Assembly (NCBI RefSeq): GCF_035084215.1
Contig: NC_090326.1
Span: forward strand, 43,400,001-43,464,000
Origin: Heptranchias perlo
Lineage: Eukaryota
DNA: 64,000 nt
Direction: 5' to 3'
Both the position numbers and the translations under genes were made by a program. Positions 1-12,624 of the stretch are shown here, piece by piece (the first letter of the stretch is position 1; each line of letters starts with the position of its first letter). The notes under the pieces are model-generated. The model was not told where the DNA came from. It searched no databases and saw only the letters and a program-made list of their open reading frames with translations.

Positions 1-1775
1 AGGAGGCCTTCCAGACATATGCTCAAAAGGCAGTGGGAGGAAGTAGCGGACGAGGTCAATGCCAGGAGCACAGTACCAAGAACATGGATGCAGTGCAGGA
101 AGAAGTTCAATGATTTGACATGAGTTGTCAAGGTGAGTGAGTTCAACTGTCAAGTGGCATCTCCTACCAACTGCACCACTAGCCTCATCCACTGCTCCAC
201 GCACTACACTCCCCCATCACCCACATACCAACAAGCTCTTTCAATCAGTACTCAACTCTTCAAATCAGATGCTTCCTCACACCCTCACACATTACCAATG
301 CAAGCCGCACACCCAGAACTCACAGGTCACACACACTGGCAGCTGTTCAACCATGACAGCCACATCACTCAAACATCTTGCAGGACACCCTCACCGACAC
401 ACTTCCCTCTTTCTTGCAGGAGAAGGTGGCGCATAACAAGAGGCAGCAGGAAAGAACTGGAGGAGGACAGGCACGCCTACACATCCTCACTCCCATCGAG
501 GAGACAGTACTGATCATCATTAGAAGGGCCATCGCTGAGACCGTGGCCACGAGCAGTGTTGGAGGGATCAATGATGAGGGTCTCTGCATACCTAATCCTC
601 CTTCTCGCTTCCCACTTTTCTCTCATCCCACAATCTCTTTTGACTCATGTGCTGCAGATGGTATCAGCTCGCTCTTCTTACTTTCTCCTCTCCCCTCACC
701 ACAACTCAACCAGTGTCCCTTTGTCATTTCAGATACCCAAGAACTGGAACCTGCCCAGTCAGAGGACGATGACAGTGATGATGAAGACACACCATCACTC
801 GATCTTACACTCGCAGCCACCAGCTCAGATACTGACACTGCGAGTAATTTAGAGGCTAGGATAGAGGAGGGATCGGCACGTGGTGAGACACCGGGCACAA
901 GTGCACAGGAGCCAGGGTGGGGGGAACAGATACCACAGTTGCCAGCTCACCGGAGGGCAAGGTCACACACTAGCTCTGCTGCCGAAGAGTCAGATGATGT
1001 CTTTGTTGGGCAAGGCTACAGAAGACGGCTGATGGACATACACCACGAAATGCTTGGGGCACTGGAAAGCCTGCCAGAAAGCCTGCGCACAATGTCAAGA
1101 GGCATGGAGAAGTCCAGCTCCAACTTGGCACAGGGCTTTGCGCAGAGCTTGGAGCCCATCCTCTCCCACATGGAACGGGTGGTCACCTCCATCAGCACAC
1201 CTGTGGAACCCACCATGATACAGCGTCTGATGGCCAATGTCACAGCTTCCATTACAGCACAAACATCTGCCATCAAAGGTCTGACTGCTGTATATGGAGT
1301 ACAGACTGCTGCCCTAGAAGCCCAGATTGCTGCTATTGTGGCATTGGGTACCATTGTTGAAAGGGGCTTCCAGGGCATCACAGCTGTCCAGCAATCTGTT
1401 CTCCAACAGATCACCAAGATTGCTGAAGCACCGCCCCATGAGAGTGGCAGTGGCGCCATAGAAGACGAACCTGCTGTCCTCTCTCAGGATGACAGTATTC
1501 CTGCTGCCACTGTGCCAGTGTCCTTGCTGTTGTCTGTCAGCCAGCCAGGCCAGAATGCTGCTGCCCAGGCCGAGATGGTGCAGTCTGAAGCCGGGCCTCC
1601 CCGGCCCAGAGCTGCTCGAGGTCGTCCTTCGAGACCATCTGCACACTCCTCTATTGAAGGTCAGCAGCCTCCCACCACCCATGCTCCAGCCACTGGGGAT
1701 GCACCTCGTAGGAGCACTAGGAAAGGTAAAGGCACACGAACGACAGGCACTGAGGGAATGCACAAGGGTGAATAG
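1..1775 (+). pseudogene. Harbinger Myb/SANT-like DNA-binding protein gene (spliced; in-frame stop)
   Basis: Frame 1 of 1-132 reads KRQWEEVADEVNARSTVPRTWMQCRKKFNDLT*VVK, followed by a gtgagt donor at 133. Acceptor ttgcag at 419, exon 420-579 EKVAHNKRQQERTGGGQARLHILTPIEE (TGGG motif). Phase-1 intron 580-732 (tttcag), last exon 733-1775 acidic/coiled-coil. TGA at 121-123. Confidence 0.8.
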
Positions 1776-1959
1776 TATCAGTTTGTTTACATAATTTCAA
1801 GTGTTAACTTATAAATGTGGATTTGAATTTGTATTTGGTGGTGGTTTTCATTTCTGCGATGGGCTGAGGGGAGAAGCAATGTGTAATCGTAAGGAGGACG
1901 ATTTGATGGTCATGAGAGGAAAAGTAAGAAGTGGGGGACTGTTGGTGAATGAGGAGGTA

Positions 1960-3110
1960 TTGATGAGGTTACTGGTATCACTCATTAATAATCTGATCAC
2001 ACAGAGCTCTGGCAGGCAGGGCCTGTACCTTGTAGCCTTCCTGTCTCTTCCTCCACTTCCTGCTTCACTTCCTCCTCCCCCTTCGTCTTTTCCTCCTCCT
2101 CATCCGCCTCTTGCTCAGGTTCTCCCTCATAATGACCAGGTTGTGCAGCATGCAATGACAAATCTTGATACCCACTCAGTTGAGTACTAAAGGGCTCCTC
2201 CAGAGCGGTCCAGGCAGTGGAAGCATTGCTTGAGGATGCCTATGGTGTGCTCGATAATGTTCCGTATGGCAGCATGGCTCTCATTGTACGCCTGCTGAGC
2301 ACGTGTGCATGGGTTCCTGACCGGAGTCATGAGCCACGGCGTGGGGGGATAACCCTTGTCGCCCAGTATCCTGCATTTGCTGGTTGAAATATAGATGGCA
2401 CGTTGGACTGCTGCAGGATGAAGGAATCATGACTTCTGCCAGGATAGCGGGCATTGGCCTGCATGATGCGTTGTGTGTGGTCGCACACCAGCCGCACATT
2501 GAGGGAGTGGAATCCCCTTCTGTTCATGAATATGGCCCAGTTCAGATGTGGAGCAGGCATGGTAATATGCGTGCAGTCAATGGCACCCTGCACCATGGGG
2601 AAGCCTGCAATGCGAGCAAACCCTCATGCTCACTCTTGCTGCTTGTCTCTGGCAAGAGGGAGTGAGATGAATCTGTTTCTCAGTGCGTACAGAGACTCAG
2701 TGACCTCCCTTATACAGCAGCACACTGCAATCTGCGAGATGTTGCTTATATCTCCAGCAGCAGCCTGACATGAGCCAGAGCTGTAAAAATTAAGCACCAC
2801 GGTTACCTTGACAACCACAGGTAATGCTGTCCTTGCCCTGCTCTGAGGCTGTAGTTATGGCTGCAGCAGTTGACAAATTTCAGTCATGACCTCTTTAGTG
2901 AACCGAAGATGTCTGATGCACTGGTGGTCACTGAAGTTGAGGTAAGAGAATTGGTCCCTGAAGACCCTCCTGCTGACTGCCCTGGGCCTCCTCCTCCCTC
3001 TTCTCACAGCTTGTCCTGCTTTGTGTGACCTCTCTTCATTCTCCCAGTCATGTTCAATTCCCAGAGGAAGACCACCCACGTCTGGAAGCAACTTTTTCCA
3101 GCACGCTATT
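1960..3110 (-). pseudogene. HARBI1-like Harbinger transposase (stops and frameshift)
   Basis: Minus-strand fragments FRDQFSYLNFSDHQCIRHLRFTKE, VKVTVVLNFYSSGS, GFPMVQGAIDCTHI, NRRGFHSLNVRLVCD, YPGRSHDSFIL, GDKGYP, RNIIEHTIGILK give the DDE triad of PIF/Harbinger transposases. Confidence 0.9.
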
Positions 3111-3964
3111 TTAAATGCCACTAGCAGCACAGCAAGATCAGCCAGACCACTCTCTATAGAATATAACATCTTTAGCCAAGTATAGGAAACTTCCAAAAAC
3201 ACGTACAATTGCACCAGCAGCCAGAATAATGTAGCAACTAACCCGTAACTCCTGCATGATCTCTTTAAATAGCACTGGTAGAGGGGTCCTCCATGCTGTT
3301 TAACTCCTGTTCAGCTGTGCGAGGTTAAGACAGTGCGTTGGCTGAAGTGTGGAGTTCCAAAATGTCGCCAGCTGCATCAAATCAGCTTTGCAGACTGATT
3401 CATGTCATAATCTCCCTGCTCTGCACGCTGCCGGCGTTCATTAGGCGCGCGCGCAAATGCCTTTACCAAGATGGCGTCCTGTGCATGTCACACCGGACAT
3501 GTGCGTGCTTATCTCGGACGCCATTTTTGGGGCTTAGGAGTCCATGTAGCGCCTACAAAACAGGCACTACACGGCCCAATTTCACCCACATTCTGTTCTA
3601 TGTCAATTAGTCTTATGGGCAGAGTTCATCAAGTGGTAGAAATTGGCTGTGATTCTGTATATACATCTCTCAGTTATAAAATAAAGATGAATGTACAATC
3701 TGAGACTGCCAGACAAGTTGTTTAAATATGCAGATAAATTGATTCAATGGACACAAGTTTTGGATCCTACTAATAGAAACTAAAGATCACTGTGGCTAAT
3801 TCATGCTGTACACTTTCTGAAATGCCAGTGAGCATTAACAAGTAATGTAAACTGTTTGGAATTATCGTGAAATGACTTACCTTTCGTATCACAATGGAAG
3901 CACAGTGGAAAGGTTTATGATGCGTAATATAAACAATGCTCTGAGCTCTGGCAATTTCCATCTA

Positions 3965-4870
3965 AGGGCACTGATGTAGTTGGCTGAGGAGATTGCAAAT
4001 CTTCTCACTGATATCTTTTAAAGCTCGTTGGAAAGTTCCAAATGTGATCCCTCCATTTTTAAAAACAGGGGCAAGGGAAGAATCTTCAAATGACAGAACT
4101 GGAAGCTTTACCTCATCTGAAGGGATAGGGTTCGAGTCTTTGATGAGGGGTAGCAAAAGGGATCATTTGGATGAACAGAGTCTGATTTGGAGAGAGCCAG
4201 CACGGGTTCAGAAAGGGTAGGTTGTGTCTGGCCAATTTATTGGAATTCCTTGAGAAGGTTGGAGATCTGGTGGATAGGGGTGAGACACAGAACGTTATCA
4301 ACCTGGATTTCAGGAAGGCATTTGACTCTGACCCACATAACATGGTGATTCACAAGAGATGCGCCCGTAAGATTGAAGGCAAAGTATTGGGCTAACTGAT
4401 GGATGGCTGAAAGGTAGGAGCAAAAGGAGGTGGTGCATGAGTAAGTTTTAGAGTGTAAACTGGCTGCCAATGAATCCATTAGGGAGTGATGTTAAAGTAA
4501 TGACTTAGAGAACAGAATATTGTCCAAATTGTCTTAATTTTGGAAATGACATCAAATTGGGCGCAGCGACCAATGGTGCTAATGAATTTGCAATTATCTA
4601 AAGGGACTGGGACATGCTCGGTCGATGGGCAGCGAAATGACAGACTGAATGTAGCATAGATAAATGTAAAATCAAGAGATTAGGTGGAAGTGAGAATGTG
4701 GAATCCTTAAGGCAGCAGTTCAGGTAAGAGATTTGGGGGTTTTGCTGGATAGATCATTTAAACTGACAGTTCACAAAAGGTTAAGAAAGCAAATAAAATG
4801 TTGGTATATGTCTCTATGGATGTGACAAAGAAGGTGATGTTAAAGTTATAAATCTGCCCTGGTTTCTGTC
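3965..4870 (+). mobile_element. Old degenerate CR1 LINE RT fragment
   Basis: Remnants of VIPLFK, QHGFRKG, LDFRKAFD motifs with many indels. Confidence 0.7.
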
Positions 4871-5318
4871 CCACCAACCCCACTGTTAATACGTTTCACA
4901 ATTCTCTTACTAAAAGAAAATTGTTTTCCTTTGACACTCTTAACTTTCAATTGTGTGCTCTAGTCCACAAATCCTGTGCCTGGCAAAAGAACTTTCCTGG
5001 ATCCAACTTCTACAAACCTGTGAAAATCTTAAAGAGCTTTATATGTTTTGCCTCTCATCATCCTCCTCTACAGACAGTAAAGTCTCAGGACAGAGATCCC
5101 CTCATAACTCAGCTCTCCAAATTCAGGATTCAGTCTTGTTGTTTCCTCTGAACTCCCTCCAATAACTCTACAACTTTCCTGTAATACAGAAACCAAAACT
5201 GAACACGGTACTCCCTGACTCCCAAAGATAGTCAAGTAAAACACCAAGATATTAACCATGTATTGTAACCAGCTTTCTTTCACCTCTGATCATTCCAGAA
5301 TCACAGAAACCTACATCT

Positions 5319-6905
5319 TTACATAGAATTTACAGCACAGAAGCAGTCCATTCGGCCCAACAGGTCTGTGCAGATGTTTATGCTCCACACGAGCCTCCTC
5401 CCGTTCTATTTACTTCATCTCACCCTATAAACATATCCTTTCTCTCTCACGTATTTATCCAACTTCCCTTTAAATGCATCTATGCTATTCGCCTCAACTA
5501 CTGGGCATCACACTTTCGGAAGGATGTCATAGGAACATAGGAACAGGAGTAGGCCATTCAGCCCCTCGTGCCTGCTCCACCATTTGATAAGTTCATGGCT
5601 GATCTGTGATCTAACTCCATATACCTGCCTTTAGCCCATATCCCTTAATACCGTTGGTTTCCAAAAAGCTATCTGTCTCAGATTTAAATTTAGCAATTGA
5701 GCTAGTATCAATTGCCATTTGTGGAAGAGAGTTCCAAACTTCTACCACCCTTTGTGTGTAGAAATGTTTTCTAATCTCGCTCCTGAAAGGTCTGGCTCTA
5801 ATTTTTAGACTGTGCCCCTGACTCCTAGAATCCCCAACCAGTGGAAATAGTTTCTCTCTATCCACCCTATCTGTTCCCCTTAATATCTTATAAACTTCGA
5901 TCAGATCACCCCTTAACCTTCGAAACTCTAGAGAATACAACCCCAATTTGTGTAATCTCTCCTCGTAACTTAACCCTTGAAGTCCGGGTATCATTCTAGT
6001 AAACCTACGCTGCACTCCCTCCAAGGCCAATATGTCCTTCCGAAGATACGGTGCCCAGAACTGCTCACAGTACTCCAGGTGCGGTCTAACCAGGGTTTTG
6101 TATAGCTGCAGCATAACTTCTGCCCCCTTGTACTCTAGTCCTCTGGATATAAAGGCCAGCATTCCATTAGCCTTGTTGAGCATTTTCTGCACCTGTTCAT
6201 GACACTTCAGTGATCTATGTACCTGTACCCCTAGGTCCCTTTGGACATCCACTGTTTTTAACTTTTTACCATTTAGAAAGTACCCTGTTCTATCCTTAGA
6301 GAGGGTGCAGAAAAGACTTACTACAATGGTACCAGGGATGAGGGACTTCAGTTATGTGGAGAGCCTGGAGAAGCTGGGCTTGTTCTCCTTCAAACAGAGA
6401 AGGTTAAGGGGAGATGTGATAGAGGTATTCAAAATCGCAAACGGTTTTGATAGAGTAAATAAGGAGAAACTGTTTGTGGCAGAAGGGTCAGTAACCAGAG
6501 GGCACAGATTTAAGATGATCGGCAAGAGAGACAGAGGCAACATGAGGAAACATTTTTTTGTGCAGCGAGTTGTAATGATCTGGAATGCACTGCCTGAAAC
6601 GGTGGTGGAAACAGATTCAATAGTAACTTTCAAAAGGGAATTAGATAAATACTTGCAGGGAAAAAAAGTTACAGGGCTATGGGGAAAGAGCAGGGGAATG
6701 GGACTAATTGTACAGCTTTGTCAAAGAGCTGGCACAGGCAGGTTGGGCCGAATGGCCTCCTTCAGTGCTGTACCTACAATGATACTCCATGTGGTAACGA
6801 GTTCCACATTCTCACTACTCTCTGAGTAAAGAAGTTTCTCCTGAATTCCTTATTGGTTTTATGAGTGACTATCTTACATTTATGGCCCCTAGTTTTGGCC
6901 TTCCC
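5319..6905. mobile_element. Three nested CR1 LINE 3' fragments
   Basis: A (-): 5319-5501 + ~6784-6905. B (+): 5502-5529 + 6294-~6783. C (-): 5530-6293, ORF 5611-6252 LYKTLVRPHLEYCEQFWAPY...FYTQRVVEVWNSLP. Confidence 0.85.
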
Positions 6906-6986
6906 CACATCTTCTGTACGTGATTTAGTTGACTATGTTTATATTTATACAACGCTGGCATCTACCCAACAAAGTGGAAAATTGCT

Positions 6987-8375
6987 CAGATACGCCCTGT
7001 CCACAAAAATCAGGACAAATCCAACCCGGCCAATTACCGCCCCATCAATCTATTCTCAATCATCAGCAAAGTGATGGAAGGTGTCTTCGACAGTGCTATC
7101 AAGCAGCACTTACTCACCAATAACCTGGTCACCGTGCTCACTTGGGGTTCCGCCAGGACCACTGGGCTCCAGACCTCATTACAGCCTTGGTCCAAACATG
7201 GACAAAAGAGCTGAATACCAAAGGTGAGGTGAGAGTGACTGCCCTTGACATCAAGGCAGCATTTGACCGAGTGTGGCACCAAGGAGCCCTCGTAAAATTG
7301 AAGTCAATGGGAATCAGGGGGAAAACTCAACAGTGGCTGGAGTCATACCTGGCACAAAGGAGGATGGTAATGGTTGTTGGAGGCCAATCATCTCAGTCCC
7401 TGGACATCACTGCAGGAGTTTCTCAGGGCAGTGTCCTAGGCCCAACCATCCTCAGCTGCTTCATCATAAGGTCAGAAATGGGGATGTTCACTGATGATTG
7501 TACAGTGTTCAGTTCCATTCGCAATTCCTCAGATGATGAAGCAGTCCGTGCCCGCATGCAGCAAGACCTGGACAACATCTAGGCTTGGGCTGATAAGTGG
7601 CAAGTAACATTTGCTCCAGACAAGTGCCAGGCAATGACCATCTCCAGCAAGAGGGAGTCTGACCACTTCCCCTTGACATTCAACGGCATTACCATTGCCG
7701 AATCCCCCACCATCAACATCCTGTGGTTACCATTAACCAGAAACTTAACTGGACCAGCCACATAAATACTGTGGTTACAAGAGCAGGTCAGAGGCTGGGT
7801 ATTCTGTGACGAGTGACTCACCTCCTGACTCCTCACCATCTACAAGGCACAAGTCAGGAGTGTGATGGAATACTCTCCACTTTCCTGGATGAGTGCAGCT
7901 TGAACACTCAAGAAGGTCGACACCATCCAGGACAATCCGCTTGACTGTCACCCTATCCACCACCTTAAACGTTCACTCCCTTCACCACCGGCGCTCTGTG
8001 GCTGCAGTGTGTACCATCTACAAGATGCACTGCAGCAACTCGACAAGGCTTTTTCGACAGCATCTCCCAAACCCGCAACCTCTACCACCTAGAAGGACAA
8101 AGGCAGCAGGTGCATGGGAACAACACCACCTGCACGTTCCCCTCCAAGTCACACACCATCCTGACTTGGGAATATATCGCCGTTCCTTCATTGTCGCTGG
8201 GTCAAAATCCTGGAACTCCCTTCCTAACAGCACTGTGGGAGAACCGTCACCACACGGACTGCAGCGGTTCAAGAAGGCTGCTCACCACCACCTTCTCAAG
8301 GGCAATTAGGGATGGGCAATAAATGCTGGCTTTGCCAGCAGTGCCCACATTCCATTAATGAATTTTTAAAAAAAT
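6987..8375 (+). mobile_element. Non-LTR retrotransposon (second CR1/L2-group family), 5'-truncated
   Basis: NPANYRPI, ALDIKAAFDRVWHQG, GVSQGSVLGP, FTDD RT motifs. Ends AAHHHLLKGN* then a tail with AATAAA and an A-run. Confidence 0.85.
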
Positions 8376-8902
8376 TATTATGTTTATCCCTTCAGTAGTT
8401 ATCTTGCTCGATGCTTGTTAAGTTTGTACTTGCTTACTCTAATTCTGCGAATTACACAATTTACACACTTGCTTCAACGTCTCAGCAAGTTGGTTTCCAC
8501 TGCGCTGTGATACCATAGTTGGTGTGTAAATCGAAATCAAGGCCAGCGATCTTAAGGCAGATCGCACTGGAGTTGCTGAAGTGAAGTAGCTGGGGGTTTT
8601 GTGTACAATTTTCAGGTCCCAGGCTGCAGTGTAAATGGGATCAAAATCTTTCAACAATTGATTATTGCCCCCTCGAGATGTAGGAAACGAGTGCTGTCAC
8701 ATAATGTATGTATCATGGCACATTAACATGAACAGGTTTCAGAGCAATTTAAACCTGGGAAGTTAGATCAGGTTTTGGAAGAACGGAATGTGAATCAGCT
8801 CTCTAAACCTGAAGCAAATTTGGGAGCAATTCGATGTCAGTTTGCTGGGACAGTATAAATGCACACAAAATTAAATAACCATTTCGTAACTACACCATCC
8901 AT

Positions 8903-9308
8903 GGGGCAGATTTCCCTGTTCCTGTGCCAAGAATGATTTCAGGGCTCACAGAATGGAGCTTGTTTTCATGGGAGAAAAGATTTTAAAATAGGACCTGATA
9001 CAGATCTAAGAGAAGCAGCACAAACCCAGAAGGGAGCCGGCCCAGTTTTCCGTCCATTACTTTAAATGAATGGTAAATTAGGTGCCGTAAATCAGACACT
9101 CCTCCCTGTCTGATTTTTCCTGTATTCATAGGCCCCAGGCGATCCAGTAGCCTAAGGTGCAGCAAGAGATTGTTCCCTCTTAGAATTTAAGATCTGTACC
9201 ATGTCCCATTTTAAAATCTTTTCTCCAATAGGAACAAGTTCCATTCTGTGAGCCCTGAAATCGTTTTTATTGTTCCCTGAGCTGGTTCCTTTAGAAATTA
9301 GGAATGCC
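8903..9308. mobile_element. Fold-back MITE-like element
   Basis: ~73-bp imperfect inverted arms at 8935-9007 and 9190-9262. Confidence 0.65.
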
Positions 9309-9508
9309 CAAATAAATTTGCACAGTGTCCAAAACTGCATACAGAGTTTAAGAGCGAAATACTGTTGGTGCTAATGGGCAGTAATTAGGAAATGTTGCTT
9401 AAAAAGGACACAATGTACGCAGGGAATGAAAATGTTTCTTTGTTGGCAGTCAAATATAGAGCCTGATGTATATGATCAGTAAGACCATAGTAAATGCATC
9501 TGATTCCA

Positions 9509-10360
9509 TGGGGGTAATTTTAACCCCCAAGAATGGGTGGGTTGGGGGCAGGTGGGCAGTAAAAATGATTTGTTTGGATGCCTGCACGCAACAGAAAGTC
9601 GAAAGTCCCGCCCCCACTTAAAGCCGGCGGGCCGATGTTTAAAGGGACAATGTACCTCATTGCAATAGTTGCTGCACTTAACTTTTTGTGTATTAGAAAT
9701 GTCAAACAAATTTTATCTTACCTGTTCGAGTTTCCCATCGCTTCCAATTCTCGTCAGGTGAAAGCAGGCGAGAAGGGCCGGATTCGCGAGGTGAGTGCCT
9801 TTATAGCACTGTTTATGGGCCCGGAGGAGCAAGAGTGCTTCATCCAGGATCAACGAGCTCACCTGACGAAATCGGCCCCCCTTTGATTGGCTGGCCCTTC
9901 TCTCCCCCCCCCCCCACCGATGGAGGAATCCCTTCCCCGATGGTGGACCTTCCCCCCCCCCGATGGTGGACCCCCCCCACCCCACCGATCTTCTCCAAGG
10001 CTCACACGATATCATCCACATCCCCCACCTCCCCCTCTGATTTATTCCATGGCCCACGATCTCTCTCTCTCTCTCTCCCTCCCCGTTCTCCGATTCGATC
10101 CCAACACAATCTGGCTGCCTGGCACATGGGAAACCTGGAAGCACAAATACTGACCTTCAGTTGAGTTGCGATCGCAGATTGCGATGCATTCACTTGACTT
10201 CCGGGCTCCCCACGCGAATATCTACACATGCACTGGGTTCCCGGCTCCCAGCTAATATCATCGCTCATGATGCACCTGATCTGGAAACTTCCACTTCCAC
10301 TTGCATAAAAAAGCAAGTCAATGAAGTAAACATCCACTCATGGACATTGGGTGAAAAATT
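9509..10360. mobile_element. Non-autonomous Harbinger-like element (GC-rich, C-run interior)
   Basis: Begins GGGGGTAATTTTAACCCCC. The internal motif aggtgagtgccttt..ggaggagcaagagtgct is shared with 43920-44641. Right end is degenerate. Confidence 0.55.
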
Positions 10361-11268
10361 GTATATTTCTTGTGTGCGGATGTTTTAAAATTCAGACAAT
10401 AAGGGATCTTTGAAGCAAATATTTTGACACCATAACATGGTGTGTTTTATTAATACTGGTCACATCGGGGCATAAGGTTTTTGTTACAGTTCAGGCTTTT
10501 TCCCAACACCCTTGGATCCACAGCCTTTTCCGGAAACAGACAGAACCCCCTGTGAACCAAAACCTGTACCCAAAGACTTGCCATGTATGGGTTAGCATAC
10601 ATGGTATTAACAATTATCCTCTAATCATGGGATTATCTCACTGTCACAGTATTTAGTTGAAAAATAATATACCATCAGGCCAATGCATACAGGCTAAAGG
10701 TATTTGTCAGATTACCTAATATACAAGATACTGAAATACCACAATAGTTTTAAGAAACTATTAAACTATAATTAGTCCACAAAGGGTTAATGCATCCTTG
10801 TCGGAATGTGCTCCTTTCAGAGCCGGCTTTATCTTTTGGATAAAGTAGTTCGGTTTGGCTCTTGGTAAACCTTCTAGATGAGATGTTGTATGTGGTCGAC
10901 ACAAATTCTGTTTCAGCTATGGAGCTGTAGCAGAACTAGGCTTTGATTTATACTCGGAGACATGATTTATTTTACAGGCATTTCTTCGAAATAAAATAAC
11001 CAAGTGAGAATTAACAGATCTTACTTTTGTGAGATGAAGTATTACTGTCTGGATTTTGTCATTTCCTACAAACATTACTCCTAAATGGAACTTTGTCCCG
11101 GTGATGGATTCCTCTAATGGTTCAGTATTCTTAGAGATAGAGAATCATCTGTTCCACTGACTGTCAATTTTCCAATGTTAACATTTCAAATAAGTTGCTC
11201 CAGCCAACAAAAGCACTTTTTGACTTGACTGATTTCTGAACAAATGCATTGGCTGCTTTCCCATGGTA

Positions 11269-11812
11269 GCGATGATTTTAACTTCAGGCAGATAATGGGC
11301 AGACAGCGGGCAGAATGCACCCATCCCCTGCCTGTTGTTGCCGGGTGAAGCCCGAGCCATATTGAAGTCCGGGCCTCGTTTACATGCCACCAGCAAGCTG
11401 TGGGCATCAAGCAGGTAACCCGCTACAGCTCACCGGATGTGGAAGGGTGGGAAATCATCAGGTCCCTGCACTGTCGGCTAACAATTGGAACCTGGGGTGG
11501 CGGGGGGGAGGTGAACGATGGGGTTGTGCCTCGGACAGGCTGGAGTTTTTTTTTAAGAAACACCCAATGCCTGGCACACGCACGTTCCATCTTTTTGCAC
11601 CTCACAATTTCAATCGGGGTCCAGTGTATGACACAAATCCCAATTCATATATTACAAATGGCCTTCCACCTGAAACAAGCAGGTGCTTTGGCAGCCCTTT
11701 TCAGGACCCTACCCGAGATGGCAGCAGCCGGAGCGCCAACGTAAATGACTCAATGCCATTTTCAGTCTGCTACCGTCCCGTTTATGCTGGGCGGATGAGT
11801 TAAAATCGTCCC
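11269..11812. mobile_element. MITE with imperfect TIRs
   Basis: Left end gcgatgattttaactt versus reverse complement of right end gggacgattttaactc. Confidence 0.6.
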
Positions 11813-12093
11813 TCGTGTTTGTGATTCTCCATGTTGAATTTTGTACGGGAAGACAGCTTCCTTTTTATCATTAACTATTTCAATAACTGTAGGAACTAAT
11901 GACAGAAATTTGTCACAGCCTTATTATTGGCAATAATAAGCCAGGGTCTCCATACCAACTATTTTCTAGTGTAGGTAGTCAGGATTTACACACTATATTT
12001 AGATTTACTGATAATGTTATTCAGCATTTTTATCTCTGAAATGACGTTACTTACTGATGGTAAGGGTTAGTATAGCCATGTTAACCCTTACCT

Positions 12094-12198
12094 GTTCAAG
12101 AAGGCAGCTCACCACCACCTTCTCAAGGGCAGTTAGGGATGGGCAATAAATGCTGGCCTTGCCAGCGACGTCCACATCCCATGAACGAATAAAAAAAA
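12094..12198 (+). mobile_element. 3' tail of the LINE family at 6987-8375
   Basis: gttcaagaaggcagctcaccaccaccttctcaagggc...gaataaaaaaaaa is near-identical to 8267-8370. Confidence 0.85.
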
Positions 12199-12624
12199 AG
12201 ACATCCAGCTATGCAAGTAATTATTAGCCAGATGGGCTGTTTTTTTAAATTAAACCTAGGCCTAGATTGTGGGGAAACAACATGGAGGCCTGTCTCACAA
12301 GACTTCAGCATATGAGAGGATTTTGGTTTTAATTTATTAAAAAACAGTCTGAAATAGTGTTATGGACATCTTTGAGTTGCTTTAACACTGATTTCATTTT
12401 GCGATTGGACAACCAGGAACAGTTAGAATTTACAAGTAACTTTACCTTGTTCCTCATTAAAATAAAGATTGCTACTGTTATATGCACACATCAGGGATTG
12501 ACTGTGCCCAGTACAGTCATCTGAAAATTGGACAAATTGCCACTCTGAAAATTAGACTATAGGGATGCTAGAACAAGAGGCAATCCGTTATTACAAAATG
12601 TCTGTAAAGGTTTTGCTACAGATC

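Larger units (their letters stand above)
1..3588. mobile_element. PIF/Harbinger DNA transposon (decayed; left end outside window)
   Basis: Convergent Myb/SANT-like gene (+) and HARBI1-like DDE transposase (-). Putative right TIR ends ...ggcccaatttcaccc at ~3587 (reverse complement GGGTGAAATTGGGCC). Confidence 0.88.

Noticed and set aside
378-1775. 465-aa ORF as a stand-alone novel host gene
   Set aside because: It begins in an intron at a TTG and reads through an in-frame intron of the Harbinger Myb/SANT gene, whose upstream exon has a stop.
9713-10164. Pro/Gly-rich ORFs (also ~44043-44591 and 49098-49428)
   Set aside because: Products of C/G runs inside MITEs; no splice or homology support.
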